64,000 nt of DNA. It comes from Octopus bimaculoides (lineage: Eukaryota). The translations under genes were made by a program, and so were the position numbers. This document shows positions 38,759 through 51,655 of this stretch, in pieces. The DNA lies in the NCBI RefSeq assembly GCF_001194135.2, contig NC_068990.1, positions 23,748,758 through 23,812,757 of the forward strand, read 5' to 3'. The notes beneath the pieces were generated by a model. That model was given only the letters and a program-made list of their open reading frames with translations. It was not told where the DNA came from and ran no database searches. The number at the start of each line of letters is the position of its first letter. The first letter of the stretch is position 1.

Positions 38759-39429
38759 ATATACGACTTCTTTGTCTTATGAAACATTAAGTTGTATTTA
38801 TGAATGAGGTAATGGCTAAGATGTTTGATACACAAGGCTATTTAGCCATTATAACCATCAATTTGAGGTAGAAGAAGGCACATGCTCATCTCATTCCGTA
38901 TTTAAGAAAAAGCTAAAAGATACCGCTCCTTCCCGAGTCATTTAGACTTATAAGGCCGGTTTTTCAATTTTTGTGGGGTTGACAGGATTACTCATTTTTG
39001 CCAGCTGAGTGAACTGGAGCAACATATGAAGTGTTTTGGTCAAGCGCAAAACGCATTACGCGGTCCTCGAATCGGAACCATAATCTTACGATCATAATCC
39101 CAGCATCCCTAACCACTAAGGCATGCGCCTTCACCCATTCCGTATTTCTTTCCATTTAACTTCTGTTTTACCAAGATCTTTCTGAATCAAATACAATTTA
39201 TTAGCAAAAGATTATAAGTTACCTCCCATATCTGCAAATCAATTTTTCAAACAATATTTTGCTTTTAAAATATTTTTTAAAAGCAATATCGATTTATCGA
39301 TTACGCCTTTAATAATAATTATCAACATCCATCCAAATTTGGATCTGGTCAGATGGTTTATTTAAATAACATAGAAAAACAAAAAAACAAAAAACCCAAT
39401 TATTTTAAACTAAAACTATGTTACTCAGA

Positions 39430-39830
39430 GTGGAAGCGCAATGGCCCAGTGGCCCAGTGGCTAGGGCAGCTGACTCGCGGTCGTAGGATCGCGGTTTCGA
39501 TTCGCAGACCGGGCGTTGTGAGTGTTTATTGAGCGAAAACACCTAAAGCTCCACGAGGCTCCGGCAAGGGTTGGTGGCGAACCCTGCTGTACACTTTCAC
39601 CACAAGCTTCTCTCATTCTTTCTTCCTGTTTCTGTTGGACCTGTATTTCAAAGGGCCAGCCTTGTCACACACTCTGTATCACGCTGAATATGCACGAGAA
39701 CTACGTTAATGGGTACGCATGTCTGTGGAGTGCTCAGCCACTTGAAAGTCAATTTAATTTCACGTGCAGGCTGTTCCGTTGATAGGATCAACTGGAGCCC
39801 ACGTCGCGTAACCGACGGAGTGCCACGACA
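39430..39830 (+). mobile_element. Full-length SINE-C (tRNA-derived)
   Basis: A-box TGGCCCAGTGG, B-box GGTTTCGATTC; highly similar (inverted) to 43276-43667. Confidence 0.9.
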
Positions 39831-40059
39831 ATGTTCCTCAGTCATAAATAACTTGTATTTGATAAGAGAGGACGAAATTCAGCTAACTTTGAAAAACACA
39901 CGAATATACACATACGCAGACACTGACGTATTGCTTATTCACTAAATTTAGTTTCCGAGAATGTGCGGTAACGGAATTTGTTTTGAAGTTAAAACATATA
40001 ACTTTTATTGAATAAGAAAAGACAAAATAACGAAGTGGATAAAATGGATTATAATATTG

Positions 40060-40335
40060 ATTTCAAATTTTGCCGCAAGGCCAGCAAATTCGGGGAGGGA
40101 CCTCCTCAACTGGTACTTAATCGAACTCGGAATGGTAATGTCGACTTTGGTGGAATTTGAACTCAAAAAAAGACGGATAAAATATCGCTAAGCATTTTGC
40201 CCAGGGTGCTAACGATTGTGCCAGCGATCTACCTTTAAATTGTTTATAATATTTAGTCCTTTATGAAGGTAGCGAGCTGGTAGCATCGTTAGCATGCCGA
40301 ACAAAATACTTAGCGGCGTTTCGTCCGTCTTTACA
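40060..40335. mobile_element. Head-to-head SINE-A pair (minus copy, then truncated plus copy)
   Basis: Minus head ends about 40235; plus head AAGGTAGCGAGCTGG starts at 40266. Confidence 0.75.
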
Positions 40336-40596
40336 TTACAAATCCAGGATCTTCTTTAAAACGGGGGCCACATTTTTCATTAACGAAACACTTTGAAACT
40401 TGGAACACTGGTAGAATGTGTCATATAAAACATCTTTTTCTCTTAGTCTTCTTAACAAAAAAAGAAATCCCTAAGTTATTCCATGTTAAAGTTGTCGTAT
40501 TTCTGTAATTTCAACCAATCACTGACGTCCATTCAGCCGATATACATTAAATGCCGACTACATAAACAAACGATTCTGAAACAATTCTATCGGTAA

Positions 40597-40625
40597 TAGG
40601 GTTAGGGTTAGGGTTAGGGTTAGGG
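40597..40625 (+). repeat. Short interstitial (TTAGGG)4 array
   Basis: TAGGG followed by four perfect TTAGGG units, about 60 bp before an N gap. Confidence 0.9.
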
Positions 40626-41129
40626 TAAAACAGCAAATTTAAAAAGAAAAAAGCAAATAAAACGAAGAAAAAAAAAGAAAATGAAANNNNNNNNNNNNNN
40701 NNNNNNNNNNNNNNNNNNNNNNNNNNNNNNNNNNNNNNNNNNNNNNNNNNNNNNNNNNNNNNNNNNNNNNNNNNNNNNNNNNNNNNNNNNNNNNNNNNNN
40801 NNNNNNNNNNNNNNNNNNNNNNNNNNNNNNNNNNNNNNNNNNNNNNNNNNNNNNNNNNNNNNNNNNNNNNNNNNNNNNNNNNNNNNNNNNNNNNNNNNNN
40901 NNNNNNNNNNNNNNNNNNNNNNNNNNNNNNNNNNNNNNNNNNNNNNNNNNNNNNNNNNNNNNNNNNNNNNNNNNNNNNNNNNNNNNNNNNNNNNNNNNNN
41001 NNNNNNNNNNNNNNNNNNNNNNNNNNNNNNNNNNNNNNNNNNNNNNNNNNNNNNNNNNNNNNNNNNNNNNNNNNNNNNNNNNNNNNNNNNNNNNNNNNNN
41101 NNNNNNNNNNNNNNNNNNNNNNNNNNNNA

Positions 41130-41650
41130 ATTGAGCACTAGGGTCGATGTAATGCGACTTACTCTCTCCCACAAACTGGCAGCCCTTGTGCCAAAATTTA
41201 AAATTAATGTTTAATTCTGTGAAGGCGGCGAGCTGGCAGAATCGTTAGCACGCCGGGCGAAATGCTTAGCGGTATTTCATCTGCCGTCACGTTCTAAGTT
41301 CAAATTCCGCCGAGGTCGACTTTGCCTTTCATCCTTTCGGGGTCGATAAATTAAGTACCAGTTACGCACTGGGATCGCTGTAATCGACTTAATCGCCTTG
41401 TCTGTCCTTGTTCGTCCCTTCTATGTTTAGCCCCTTGTGGGAAATAAAGAAATAAGAATCGTTACTTTGCCAGAGAAAAATGCTTAGCGGCATTTCTTTC
41501 AACTTAACGGTCTGAGTTCAAATTCCGTTGAGGTCGACTTTGCTTTCGTCCTTCCGAGAACGATAAGGTGCCATTTGAACATTGGGGGTCAATGTAATCA
41601 ACTTACTGCTCTCCTCGAAATTGACGGCCTTTTGCCAACATTTGAGAACA
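41130..41650 (+). mobile_element. Tandem SINE-A cluster (tail plus two copies)
   Basis: Near-consensus copy at 41222-41457 with the TTGTCTGTCC...GCCCCTTGTGGGAAATAAAGAAATAAG tail runs directly into the next copy. Confidence 0.9.
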
Positions 41651-42517
41651 ATATTTAGTTCTGTCGTTCCTAGGGTTGCGTATATTTTTAATGTTTAATT
41701 TAATAGAAATATCAGTCACGGTTGGATCAAATTACATACCGTTGCCTTTATAAAGAAAGTAAAAGAACTACATTAGTTAATCTTTTTCTTTNNNNNNNNN
41801 NNNNNNNNNNNNNNNNNNNNNNNNNNNNNNNNNNNNNNNNNNNNNNNNNNNNNNNNNNNNNNNNNNNNNNNNNNNNNNNNNNNNNNNNNNNNNNNNNNNN
41901 NNNNNNNNNNNNNNNNNNNNNNNNNNNNNNNNNNNNNNNNNNNNNNNNNNNNNNNNNNNNNNNNNNNNNNNNNNNNNNNNNNNNNNNNNNNNNNNNNNNN
42001 NNNNNNNNNNNNNNNNNNNNNNNNNNNNNNNNNNNNNNNNNNNNNNNNNNNNNNNNNNNNNNNNNNNNNNNNNNNNNNNNNNNNNNNNNNNNNNNNNNNN
42101 NNNNNNNNNNNNNNNNNNNNNNNNNNNNNNNNNNNNNNNNNNNNNNNNNNNNNNNNNNNNNNNNNNNNNNNNNNNNNNNNNNNNNNNNNNNNNNNNNNNN
42201 NNNNNNNNNNNNNNNNNNNNNNNNNNNNNNNNNNNNNNNNNNNNNNNNNNNNNNNNNNNNNNNNNNNNNNNNNNNNNNNNNNNNNNNNNNNNNNNNNNNN
42301 NNNNNNNNNNNNNNNNNNNNNNNNNNNNNNNNNNNNNNNNNNNNNNNNNNNNNNNNNNNNNNNNNNNNNNNNNNNNNNNNNNNNNNNNNNNNNNNNNNNN
42401 NNNNNNNNNNNNNNNNNNNNNNNNNNNNNNNNNNNNNNNNNNNNNNNNNNNNNNNNNNNNNNNNNNNNNNNNNNNNNNNNNNNNNNNNNNNNNNNNNNNN
42501 NNNNNNNNNNNNNNNAA

Positions 42518-42739
42518 TCATTGTTTGTTAAGAGTCGGTTTGAATTTCTTAATAAAGTCCTTTTCTTTGCATTTTCTTTTAATTTCATTCCGGTTGTAAA
42601 GTTTATGGAATGGAAATATAATAAAAGTTTGATGACCACATGTTGCTAGATGGTTACTCAGTGGTATTTGGCGGACTTCTGGGTTTTTAATCTGTCGTCG
42701 ATGTACCCGTGAGCGTTCCGATAGTGCATTACCTGTCAC
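42518..42739 (-). mobile_element. Penelope-like element, GIY-YIG endonuclease C-terminal fragment
   Basis: TGNALSERSRVHRRQIKNPEVRQIPLSNHLATCGHQTFIIFPFHKL...RKCKEKDFIKKFKPTLN fits the PLE pattern TGxxLxxRxxxH...RxxxExxFIxxFKPxLN. Confidence 0.75.
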
Positions 42740-42759
42740 GACGGACTTTCAGTCTCATA

Positions 42760-42797
42760 TGTGTGTATGTGTATATGTGTGTGTGTTTGCTCTTGTG

Positions 42798-42838
<41 letters not shown>

Positions 42839-43015
42839 TGGTATTCCACTACCACTTGACAACTGGTGTTAGCGTTTTGGCAAGAAGGTCGATAGAGTAA
42901 GTACCAAGCTTGTAAAATAAAATACTTGGTTCGATTCATTCGTCTCAAAATTCGTCAAGACTGTGCCCCAGCATGGCCGCAGTCAAATAATGACTGAAGC
43001 ATGTAAAAGATAAAA
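42760..43015 (+). mobile_element. SINE-B 3' half with (TG)n
   Basis: ACCACTTGACAACTGGTGTT...CCCCAGCATGGCCGCAGTCAAA...GTAAAAGATAAAAG. Confidence 0.82.
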
Positions 43016-43275
43016 GACACTCCTTTAAAGGAACGTCAAGTCCATTGCAGGGTTCAAGATCCGCAATTTTGAGGGGAGGAGACTAGTCGATTACATCGAA
43101 CCTAATATTTGACTGGGACATTATTTTATCGACCCTAGGGAAGAAATGGCAAAGTTTACTTGGGCGGCATTTAAACCGAGAACGAAAAGAGTCGGAAGAA
43201 ATGCTGCTCGGCATTTCTTCCGATGTGCGAACAACTCTGTCAACTTTCCTCGTTAATAAAGTCCAAGATAACACT

Positions 43276-43667
43276 TGTTGTTGTTGTTGTTGGCACTCCG
43301 TCGTTTACGACGTCGAGGGTTCCAGTTGATCCGATCAGCGGAACAGCCTGCTCGTGAAATTAACGTGCAAGTGGCTGAGCACTCCACAGACACGTGTACC
43401 CTTAACGTAGTTCTTGGGGATATTCAGCGTGACACAGTGTGACAAGGCTGACCCTTTGAATTACAGGCACAACAGAAACAGGAAGTAAGAGTGAGAGAAA
43501 GTTGTGGTGGAAGAGTACAGCAGGGTTCGCCACCATCTCCTGCCAGAGCCTCGTGGAGCTTTAGGTGTTTTTGCTCAATAAACACTCACAACGCCCGGTC
43601 TGGGAATCGAAACCGCGATTCTATGACCGCGAGTCCGCTGCCTTAACCACTGGGTCATTGCGCCTCC
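43276..43667 (-). mobile_element. Young full-length SINE-C with (AAC)n tail and 13-bp TSD
   Basis: CCAAGATAACACT at 43263-43275 and 43668-43680; head GGAGGCGCAATGACCCAGTGGTTAAGGCAGCGGACTCGCGG. Confidence 0.93.
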
Positions 43668-44139
43668 CCAAGATAACACTAAGAAAGAATAAATAAACAA
43701 ATAAAAAAAAGCAGGATGGTCGTGTTTGTTATGCCTTTATCTACTTAATAAGCTTGAAACACTGGACAAATGAGTTGTAAGCTTCTATTCTAGGACTGGC
43801 TAAAAATATTCTTTTTGAGTCAATATAATAATATCATGTGTGAAAAATTCACCGAAAGCAAATAGCCAACAGCGATTTCTCGGTGTTTATTTTTCATTGC
43901 ACTGAAGTCGATGAAATATGTTTCAATAATATACGGTTGTCAATTCTATTTAATACATCATCTATTACATATAAAAAATAATTTTGTGTCCAATCAAAAG
44001 AAATGAACAGCGTTTGAAGCAGCGAGTTTCTTTCAGTAAGATGATACTCTTAAACAGTTGAGTTAGCATTACGACTTTGATTACTAACAGGAGATTTATA
44101 ATTGTCTTCAGAGCATTATTGCTTAAACAGTTTGATACT

Positions 44140-45080
44140 CGAAAAGCGACGAGCTGGCAGAATGGTTAGCAGCTCGAGCAAAATGCTTAGTGCCATTTCT
44201 GTGTTTAAATTCCGTCGAGGTCGACTTTACCTCTCATCCTTTCGTGTAGTTTATATGATCGACTTCCCCTCCCCTCAAAAATCACTAGTTCAGTGTCAAC
44301 ACTTGAATGTAGCATTTGCTGCTCGAGAGGCGAAGAGTTGGCAGAATCGTCAACGCGCCGGACAAAATGCTTACTAGTATTTCATCCGTCCGTACGTTCT
44401 GAGTTCAAATCTTGCTGACAACAATTTTGCCTTTCATTCCTCCATTATTTCATATTCGTTTTCGGTTATCTTCTTAGCTCAAATCTCGCTAATCTTATTT
44501 CTGTCTTTCACCAATTCGGGGTCGATAAAATGAAGTACACGTCCAGTACCGGAGTCTATGATATTAACACCTATCCTTCCCGTCAGAATTTCCGGCCTTG
44601 TAAGGCAGCCGGTTGGCAGAAAGGTTAGCACGCCGGGCGAAATGCTTAGCGATATTTCGTCTGTCTTTACGTTCTGAGTTCAAATTCTGCTGAGGTCGAC
44701 TTTGCTTTTCATCCTTTCGGGGTCGATAAATTAAGTACCAGCTGCGTACTGGGTAGATCTAATCGACTGACCCCCTTCCCCAAAATTTCGGACTTTGTGC
44801 TTAGAGGAGAAAAGAATTTGCCGCCTTATACCTAGATAAAGAAATATTGTCCGGGGAACGATTAGCGACGATCTGGCAGTATCATTAGAGCGTCGGAATA
44901 AATACTTTGTAATACTTCTGCTCGCTCTTTACATTCTGAGTTCAAATTCTACCGATGTCAGGCTTGCTTTTCAGTCTACCAGAGCCGATAAACATAAAGT
45001 ACTAGTCAAGTAGTATCAGCTAATCCTCTCCTTCTCAAAACTGCTGGTCTTGGTCCCTAAATCAGAAACCATTTTTATCA
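44140..45080 (+). mobile_element. Tandem cluster of about five SINE-A copies and fragments
   Basis: Heads at about 44146, 44329, 44604 and 44866; near-consensus copy at 44604-44818. Confidence 0.88.
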
Positions 45081-45874
45081 TATTCGAATTTCTCATTGAT
45101 AAAAGTATGTTGCGTTGTTTTCTCTATCCAAACAACCATCCCTTCCTTTTAATCTACAAGAAAATTCGCTGACAACAATTCTGCGATAATTAATCGATTA
45201 CCAGTTCCATTTACAAGTAGTTATCCGATCAACATATTCATCAATAGCAAATTTTAATTAATACCATATTTAAAAAAAAATGAAAATGAAAATTGATATA
45301 TCAAATAGAGTGTTCTAAAATGAGAATGTGTAAGTTAAGTCTCTTTAATATGTTAATATAAGTGGTTTCAAATTTTGGCACATGGCCAGCAATTTAGGGG
45401 GAGGGGTAAGTCGATTACCCTAGTGCTCAGCTAGGACTTAATTTATTGATCTCGAAAGAATGAAAGTCAAAGTCAACCTCGGCGGAATTTGAAATCAGAA
45501 CGTAAATGCAGACGAATTACAGTTAAATATATATAATGAATCGTTGAGCTAACAAGCCATTTTATTTTCCCAGCAGCGTCCTGATGTTTTCATCTCTTAA
45601 GAGAATGCTCTTGTTTAATCATTAAAGTTTTGGTCGGTGAATAGTCACCGGTAGATAGCTGTTAGAGGCTTATTGTCGGTGAATTTTTCAAACATAATCT
45701 TATACCGAAACAAAGACATTATTTTAACCAGTCATACAATTCAAACTCATATCTCATTTTTCCAGCGTCCGAAACCCCATTATGTGATCAAAGGCATTAC
45801 AAACACGACCAACTCGTTTTTCTAGTGTTACCCTTCAAGATAATATATTCTTTTCATTATTAACGCGACAGAAG

Positions 45875-46535
45875 GCGGTAGGCTGACAGAATCGTTACCG
45901 CGCCACGAAAAATGCTTAGCGGTATTTCGTTCGTCTTTACGTTCAAAGATCAAATTCTGCTGAGGTCGATTTTGCCTTTCATCAAATCGGAGTCGATAAA
46001 ATAAGTAGCATTCAAGCACTGGGGTCGATGTAATCGTACACCCCTTTCTCCAAAATTTCAGGCCTTGTACCTACAGCAGAAACGATTATTAATGCGACTG
46101 TAAGGTGGTAAACTGGTAGAATGGTTTAGCAGTATTTCGCCCGTCGCTACTTTGTGAGTTCGAATTTCGCCGAGGTCGACTTTGCATTTTATCCTTTCGG
46201 GGTGGATAAATTAAAAACCAGTGAAACACTGGGGCCGATGTAATCGACTAGTCCCTTCTCACAAAATTGTACCTTTAGTAGAAAGGATTATTATTACTAT
46301 TATTATCATTATTAAAACAGTGAGCTGGCATAATCGTTAGAAGGCCGGGCAAAATGCTTAGCGGCATTTCGACCGTCCTTGCTTTCTGAGTTCGAAATTT
46401 CACCGAGTTCGACTGTGCCTTTCATTTCTTTCGGGATTGATAAAATAAATACCAGATGAGCAGAGGTGTTGGCGTAAACGACTAACGCTCTCCCCCAAAT
46501 TTCAGGCCTTGTGCCTATTGTAGAAAGAATAATTA
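45875..46535 (+). mobile_element. Tandem cluster of three SINE-A copies separated by ATT-rich tails
   Basis: Heads at about 45872, 46103 and 46318, each copy ending ...GTAGAAAGGATTATT or similar. Confidence 0.88.
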
Positions 46536-47015
46536 TTACTAGTCCTTTATTTTGAAGTAACCATAAACATCTCAAGAAACGACCTCTTTATCCCCTCTGG
46601 AATCTCTGTGTACTCTGCATAAAGATCAATCATTTTGCTGCAGTGCAATAATTCAACAATCATCTTCAGAATTCTTTGCCAAATTGATGTCAATTCGTAG
46701 GTCTTTAGTATTTTCGCTATTCGTGCAATTGTGAATCAAAATAAATAAATAAATAAATAGATAAATAAATAAGTAAAGACAAGACCCTCCTTCATCTCTT
46801 TTTCTGGAGTTTTACATTTACGGATAGAACCTAGTCAATAATTCTGCGTCAATATTTGCAGTAAATTGCTTTAAATATCGGCTGAACAATGGCCAACACC
46901 GCCATCGATTGTTGACGAATAACACGAAGATAAGAATCTAGTTTGGAATATCAGCAAAGTAACCAACATTAGAGGTGTCCCAAAAACATTTTTGATATTG
47001 ATTCCAGGGAGAATT

Positions 47016-47062
<47 letters not shown>

Positions 47063-48813
47063 NNNNNNNNNNCTACCGTCTTTCATCTCTCGTGTAATAT
47101 TGATAAAATAAGCACCATGCAGTCCAATTGTCAGCCTCCTTCCAATCTCTTTGCTACAAATTTGTGGGTTCGTGCCAATCAGAGAAAAGCGTTATCATTA
47201 TTGTTAGCATTAGAAGCTCTTTTTGGTGAGGGCGGTGATTTCCTTCAATCGGTGGCGTATTGACCTCAATACTCTAAAATATCTAGGTCCATCTAATTTG
47301 TGTTCAAATCTCACCGGAGTCAGATCATCTGCTCTATTACATATTTTCACATTAGTTATTTGGCTTCTTATCTAAACGGTAAAAGCCTACAAGACAAAGT
47401 TAATGACTTAAAATAGAAGAGAACCTGACTAAATATTTTGAAAATTTCAGTCCATTTTTCTAATTATGATTTTGTGCCAAACAAGGCTTGGGGGCCACTT
47501 TGGCGTAAGGAACTACAAAGGCAGAAGAGAAAGTCCTACAAATTCAAGTTATGTTAATCGATAGAAAGCTTAAAGGCTGAATATCATAGTCCAGGTGAAG
47601 CAAAACAATGGTAATGAGTTCCAGAGAGCAGTAATCTGAGAAAAGAAGCTATTGAAATTACATGACGTTTAATAGAGAAATGATGCACTTGAGATTATTC
47701 TGTTAAATATACTGCATATTTATTCACATTGATTTGAACATATGCCTTATCTCGTAGCTTTGAAATTTTGATGCGATTGTTTACTTTTAGAATAAGATTG
47801 TAAGGCAAGTGTCAGAAGTCGGATATTTCTCTGTAGTATCAATAAAAAAAATTAACGTAGTATAAAGATAAACAAACTATTCATCCCATCTTTATTAACA
47901 TTTCTCAATTTCATTCTTTGTATATTGCAACCCTCGTGATAATTTACATTTGTCTCTCTACCATATCCCTCACATAAACTTTTATAAATATATGTAAATG
48001 TAATTACGGATATATCTTTCAAATGAATTTGATGTTTTAGCGGCAATTCCACGTTCAATATTAGCAACATTTTAAACGATCATTTTCTAAGCACATGAAC
48101 TCAACGTTCTAATAAGTTGTTTGTTTGCATTTGAAAATTCCTAAACATAGTCCTCAAATAAGTTATTTCGTAATTCAAGACCAGAAAATATACTTACTTT
48201 TTCCTGAAGATATTCAGCAATATATCGTTTATTACATATATAAAAGTTACAATATTGATGATTCAAACATACTGTCAGATTGAAACATATGTAGGAATGT
48301 TTGGGGATATTTTTTCGGTTGTTTTGTTGATGCGGTTCTTTTACTTATTCTTATTGGTATCTCTTTTAATTTGTATTACTTTTCCATTGTGATACAAATA
48401 AAATGAACCAGGCATCTATTATATATTTTCTTCTCCATTTTCTTTTATTGACTTTATATATATATATATACACATATATGTATATATGTATGTATATGTA
48501 TATATATACACATATGCACATGTGCATACATGTTTATAGTATATATGCATATTCATAAATAATACGTATATACATACATATATGTGTGTATATATGTATG
48601 CATGTAAGTATGCATGAATATCAAAAGCAGTAAAATGTTTTTACACTCTCTTCAAAGTTAACAGCTAACCCTTTCAAATAAGAATAAATTACTCCATAAA
48701 TTTTATTCATTATAAATGTTTCAGGTATTCTGTTTTACGCTGTGTTCTAGTTAAATATTGTATATATTTACATATACTTAGAAATACATACATAAGTACA
48801 CACATATATGTAC

Positions 48814-48845
<32 letters not shown>

Positions 48846-48999
48846 TTATACACCAATACAAACAAGCACAATATATGTATGCATACAAATCTATCAATTA
48901 TTTCTCTTCCCTTCTGTGTGTGTGGGTGTGTGTTATATAATCAATATTGAAAGAGAGGGCGAGAGGGTGACAATGAATGCGTTTATATATATATATATA

Positions 49000-49040
<41 letters not shown>

Positions 49041-49817
49041 GTGTATGTATGTATGTATGTATGTATGTATATATATACACACACAAACGCACACACGCAC
49101 ACACACAAATACTCAGAAGCTGCCGCACAAATTTGCAAATTCAAACCACGTGATCGACCCGACTCCCTTCTTTGTCTCCCACCCTAAAATAATCTCCATC
49201 CCCCCTCTCTCTCTCTCTCTCTCCTTCGCCATCTTTCCCTCTTCAACAACAAACAAAGCACAATAAACTCAATTGAACTCACAAAGGAATAATGAATAAC
49301 TCCCCCCCTCCTTCTATCTGGGGCGGCGGTACTGTTGCTGTACAAACATCAAAACAGAAATCTATATGATTGTTTGCCAAAGATTCTCTAACGAATACAC
49401 TTCAACCCCTAGGCCATCTACATATTTTCTCAGTGCTCTTCTTCTTCTTCTTCTTCTTCTTCTTCTGCTTCTGCTTCTTCCTACTTTCTCATCGTTCCGC
49501 TCCTAAATTTTCCTAATCTTCTCTTCCACTTCCCTTCCCCTCTTCCACTTCCGTCCCATCTTCCACTTCCGTCTCCTCCTCCTCCTCCTACTACTACTAC
49601 TATCCATTTGAATTAATGTTATGTAGTCGCATTCCTCTTCACGTAAGCCCACCCCACTCACCCATCTCTTATCCTTACTCCTTTCGTCCTGTGTCTCCCC
49701 ATCTTTACTTTGCACTAACCACTATATCCATCCATTCAATCCCTCTACTCTCCGCCCCCCACCCACCGGATGTCAACCCCTATGAAATTTCCTACCCGGG
49801 TACAGTTTTCCTTGCAG

Positions 49818-49903
49818 ATGACCCCTTGATGTTTACTCGCACTGTTTTCGAGATCGGCGACATTGATGCCGTTAGCGTTCGCATTAATGTGTTGATAATC
49901 GAG
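49818..49903 (+). CDS. Candidate 86-nt phase 1-0 exon (DDPLMFTRTVFEIGDIDAVSVRINVLIIE)
   Basis: Acceptor GTTTTCCTTGCAG| after a long pyrimidine-rich stretch, donor GAG|GTAAGA, single open plus frame. The minus strand also has open frames here, so strand is not certain. Confidence 0.5.
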
Positions 49904-50573
49904 GTAAGAAGTTCCAGAAGGTCGTCTTTTGAGGAACAAGGAATGGTAGTAGCGGTAAGAGTTAGGGTTAGGACTGGTGGTATTGGACAGAGGAGGGCAC
50001 GGCATTGAGGTAAGTAGCTCGTGAGGGTCCAATTGGAAGAGGCATGGGACTAGTTAATTCCCACAAACAGAGGTTATGGTAGTAGCAGTAGAAAATCAGA
50101 AGGATTTGACAGTACATTTGAGAGTCTGAACATCAGCAATATCGTCTGCGACTTATCTCAGGAAACCCGCAAGGGTTGTATGCACAACCCTTTCTTTCCG
50201 CACTAAATCTTGAAAACAAAAATACAAGCCAATAGGAAGCGTCTATGTGGTTGCTTTATCTGCTTGAGATAGCAGTTCAATCGTTGAGTTGGTGAAAAAA
50301 TATTAACCCTTTTTTTGAATGTTACAGTCAACTAAATTTTGTATCTGACCCTTTCGATTTGTACTCGTTCAAGTTGGGGAGCAGGTTTGTTTTTAACTTA
50401 TTCTTTTACTTGAAGCACTGCCTTGAAATCGATCCCTTTACTTTTTGTTTTAAAGTTTGGTACTTATTCTATCAGGGTCTTTTACTGAGCCATTAAGTTA
50501 CAGATACGTAAACAAACTAGCATTTGTTGTCAGTGGTGAGGGATACATACAGAGACACGCACGCATACACACA

Positions 50574-50631
<58 letters not shown>

Positions 50632-51408
50632 AACATACACACANNNNNNNNNNNNNNNNNNNNNNNNNNNNNNNNNNNNNNNNNNNNNNNNNNNNNNNNN
50701 NNNNNNNNNNNNNNNNNNNNNNNNNNNNNNNNNNNNNNNNNNNNNNNNNNNNNNNNNNNNNNNNNNNNNNNNNNNNNNNNNNNNNNNNNNNNNNNNNNNN
50801 NNNNNNNNNNNNNNNNNNNNNNNNNNNNNNNNNNNNNNNNNNNNNNNNNNNNNNNNNNNNNNNNNNNNNNNNNNNNNNNNNNNNNNNNNNNNNNNNNNNN
50901 NNNNNNNNNNNNNNNNNNNNNNNNNNNNNNNNNNNNNNNNNNNNNNNNNNNNNNNNNNNNNNNNNNNNNNNNNNNNNNNNNNNNNNNNNNNNNNNNNNNN
51001 NNNNNNNNNNNNNNNNNNNNNNNNNNNNNNNNNNNNNNNNNNNNNNNNNNNNNNNNNNNNNNNNNNNNNNNNNNNNNNNNNNNNNNNNNNNNNNNNNNNN
51101 NNNNNNNNNNNNNNNNNNNNNNNNNNNNNNNNNNNNNNNNNNNNNNNNNNNNNNNNNNNNNNNNNNNNNNNNNNNNNNNNNNNNNNNNNNNNNNNNNNNN
51201 NNNNNNNNNNNNNNNNNNNNNNNNNNNNNNNNNNNNNNNNNNNNNNNNNNNNNNNNNNNNNNNNNNNNNNNNNNNNNNNNNNNNNNNNNNNNNNNNNNNN
51301 NNNNNNNNNNNNNNNNNNNNNNNNNNNNNNNNNNNNNNNNNNNNNNNNNNNNNNNNNNNNNNNNNNNNNNNNNNNNNNNNNNNNNNNNNNNNNNNNNNNN
51401 NNNNNNNN

Positions 51409-51655
51409 TGTATGACCAAATGAGGGACGGCTCTATGTCGCATCTAGGCCCGATGGTACTAGCTATCTCATTCAAATCTAACCCAGCTGCTCAATTAGGG
51501 ACTATCTTGGATATTCCCCGTCACTCCGACGGATGAACATACTATGTATATAAAGTACGACCCAACGAGGATCACCTCTATGTCATACCTAAGGCCTGAT
51601 AGCATTAGCAATCTCATTCAAACCACACCCAGCTGCTCAATTAAGGCCAACTTAG
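51409..51655 (+). repeat. Diverged tandem repeat, period 145 bp, abutting a 765-nt N gap
   Basis: CTCTATGTC...ATCTCATTCAAA...ACCCAGCTGCTCAATTA starts at 51431 and 51576. Confidence 0.88.

Noticed and set aside
39430-39510. tRNA gene
   Set aside because: A and B boxes are present, but I could not form a proper acceptor or anticodon stem, and the sequence continues into a SINE body; the same applies to the other SINE heads.
40597-40625. True chromosome end
   Set aside because: Only four units, with ordinary sequence on both sides.
44140-46535. Regularly repeated units resembling a CRISPR-like or satellite array
   Set aside because: Units are 200-bp diverged SINE copies with Pol III boxes in a eukaryotic context; no short identical repeats with unique spacers and no cas genes.
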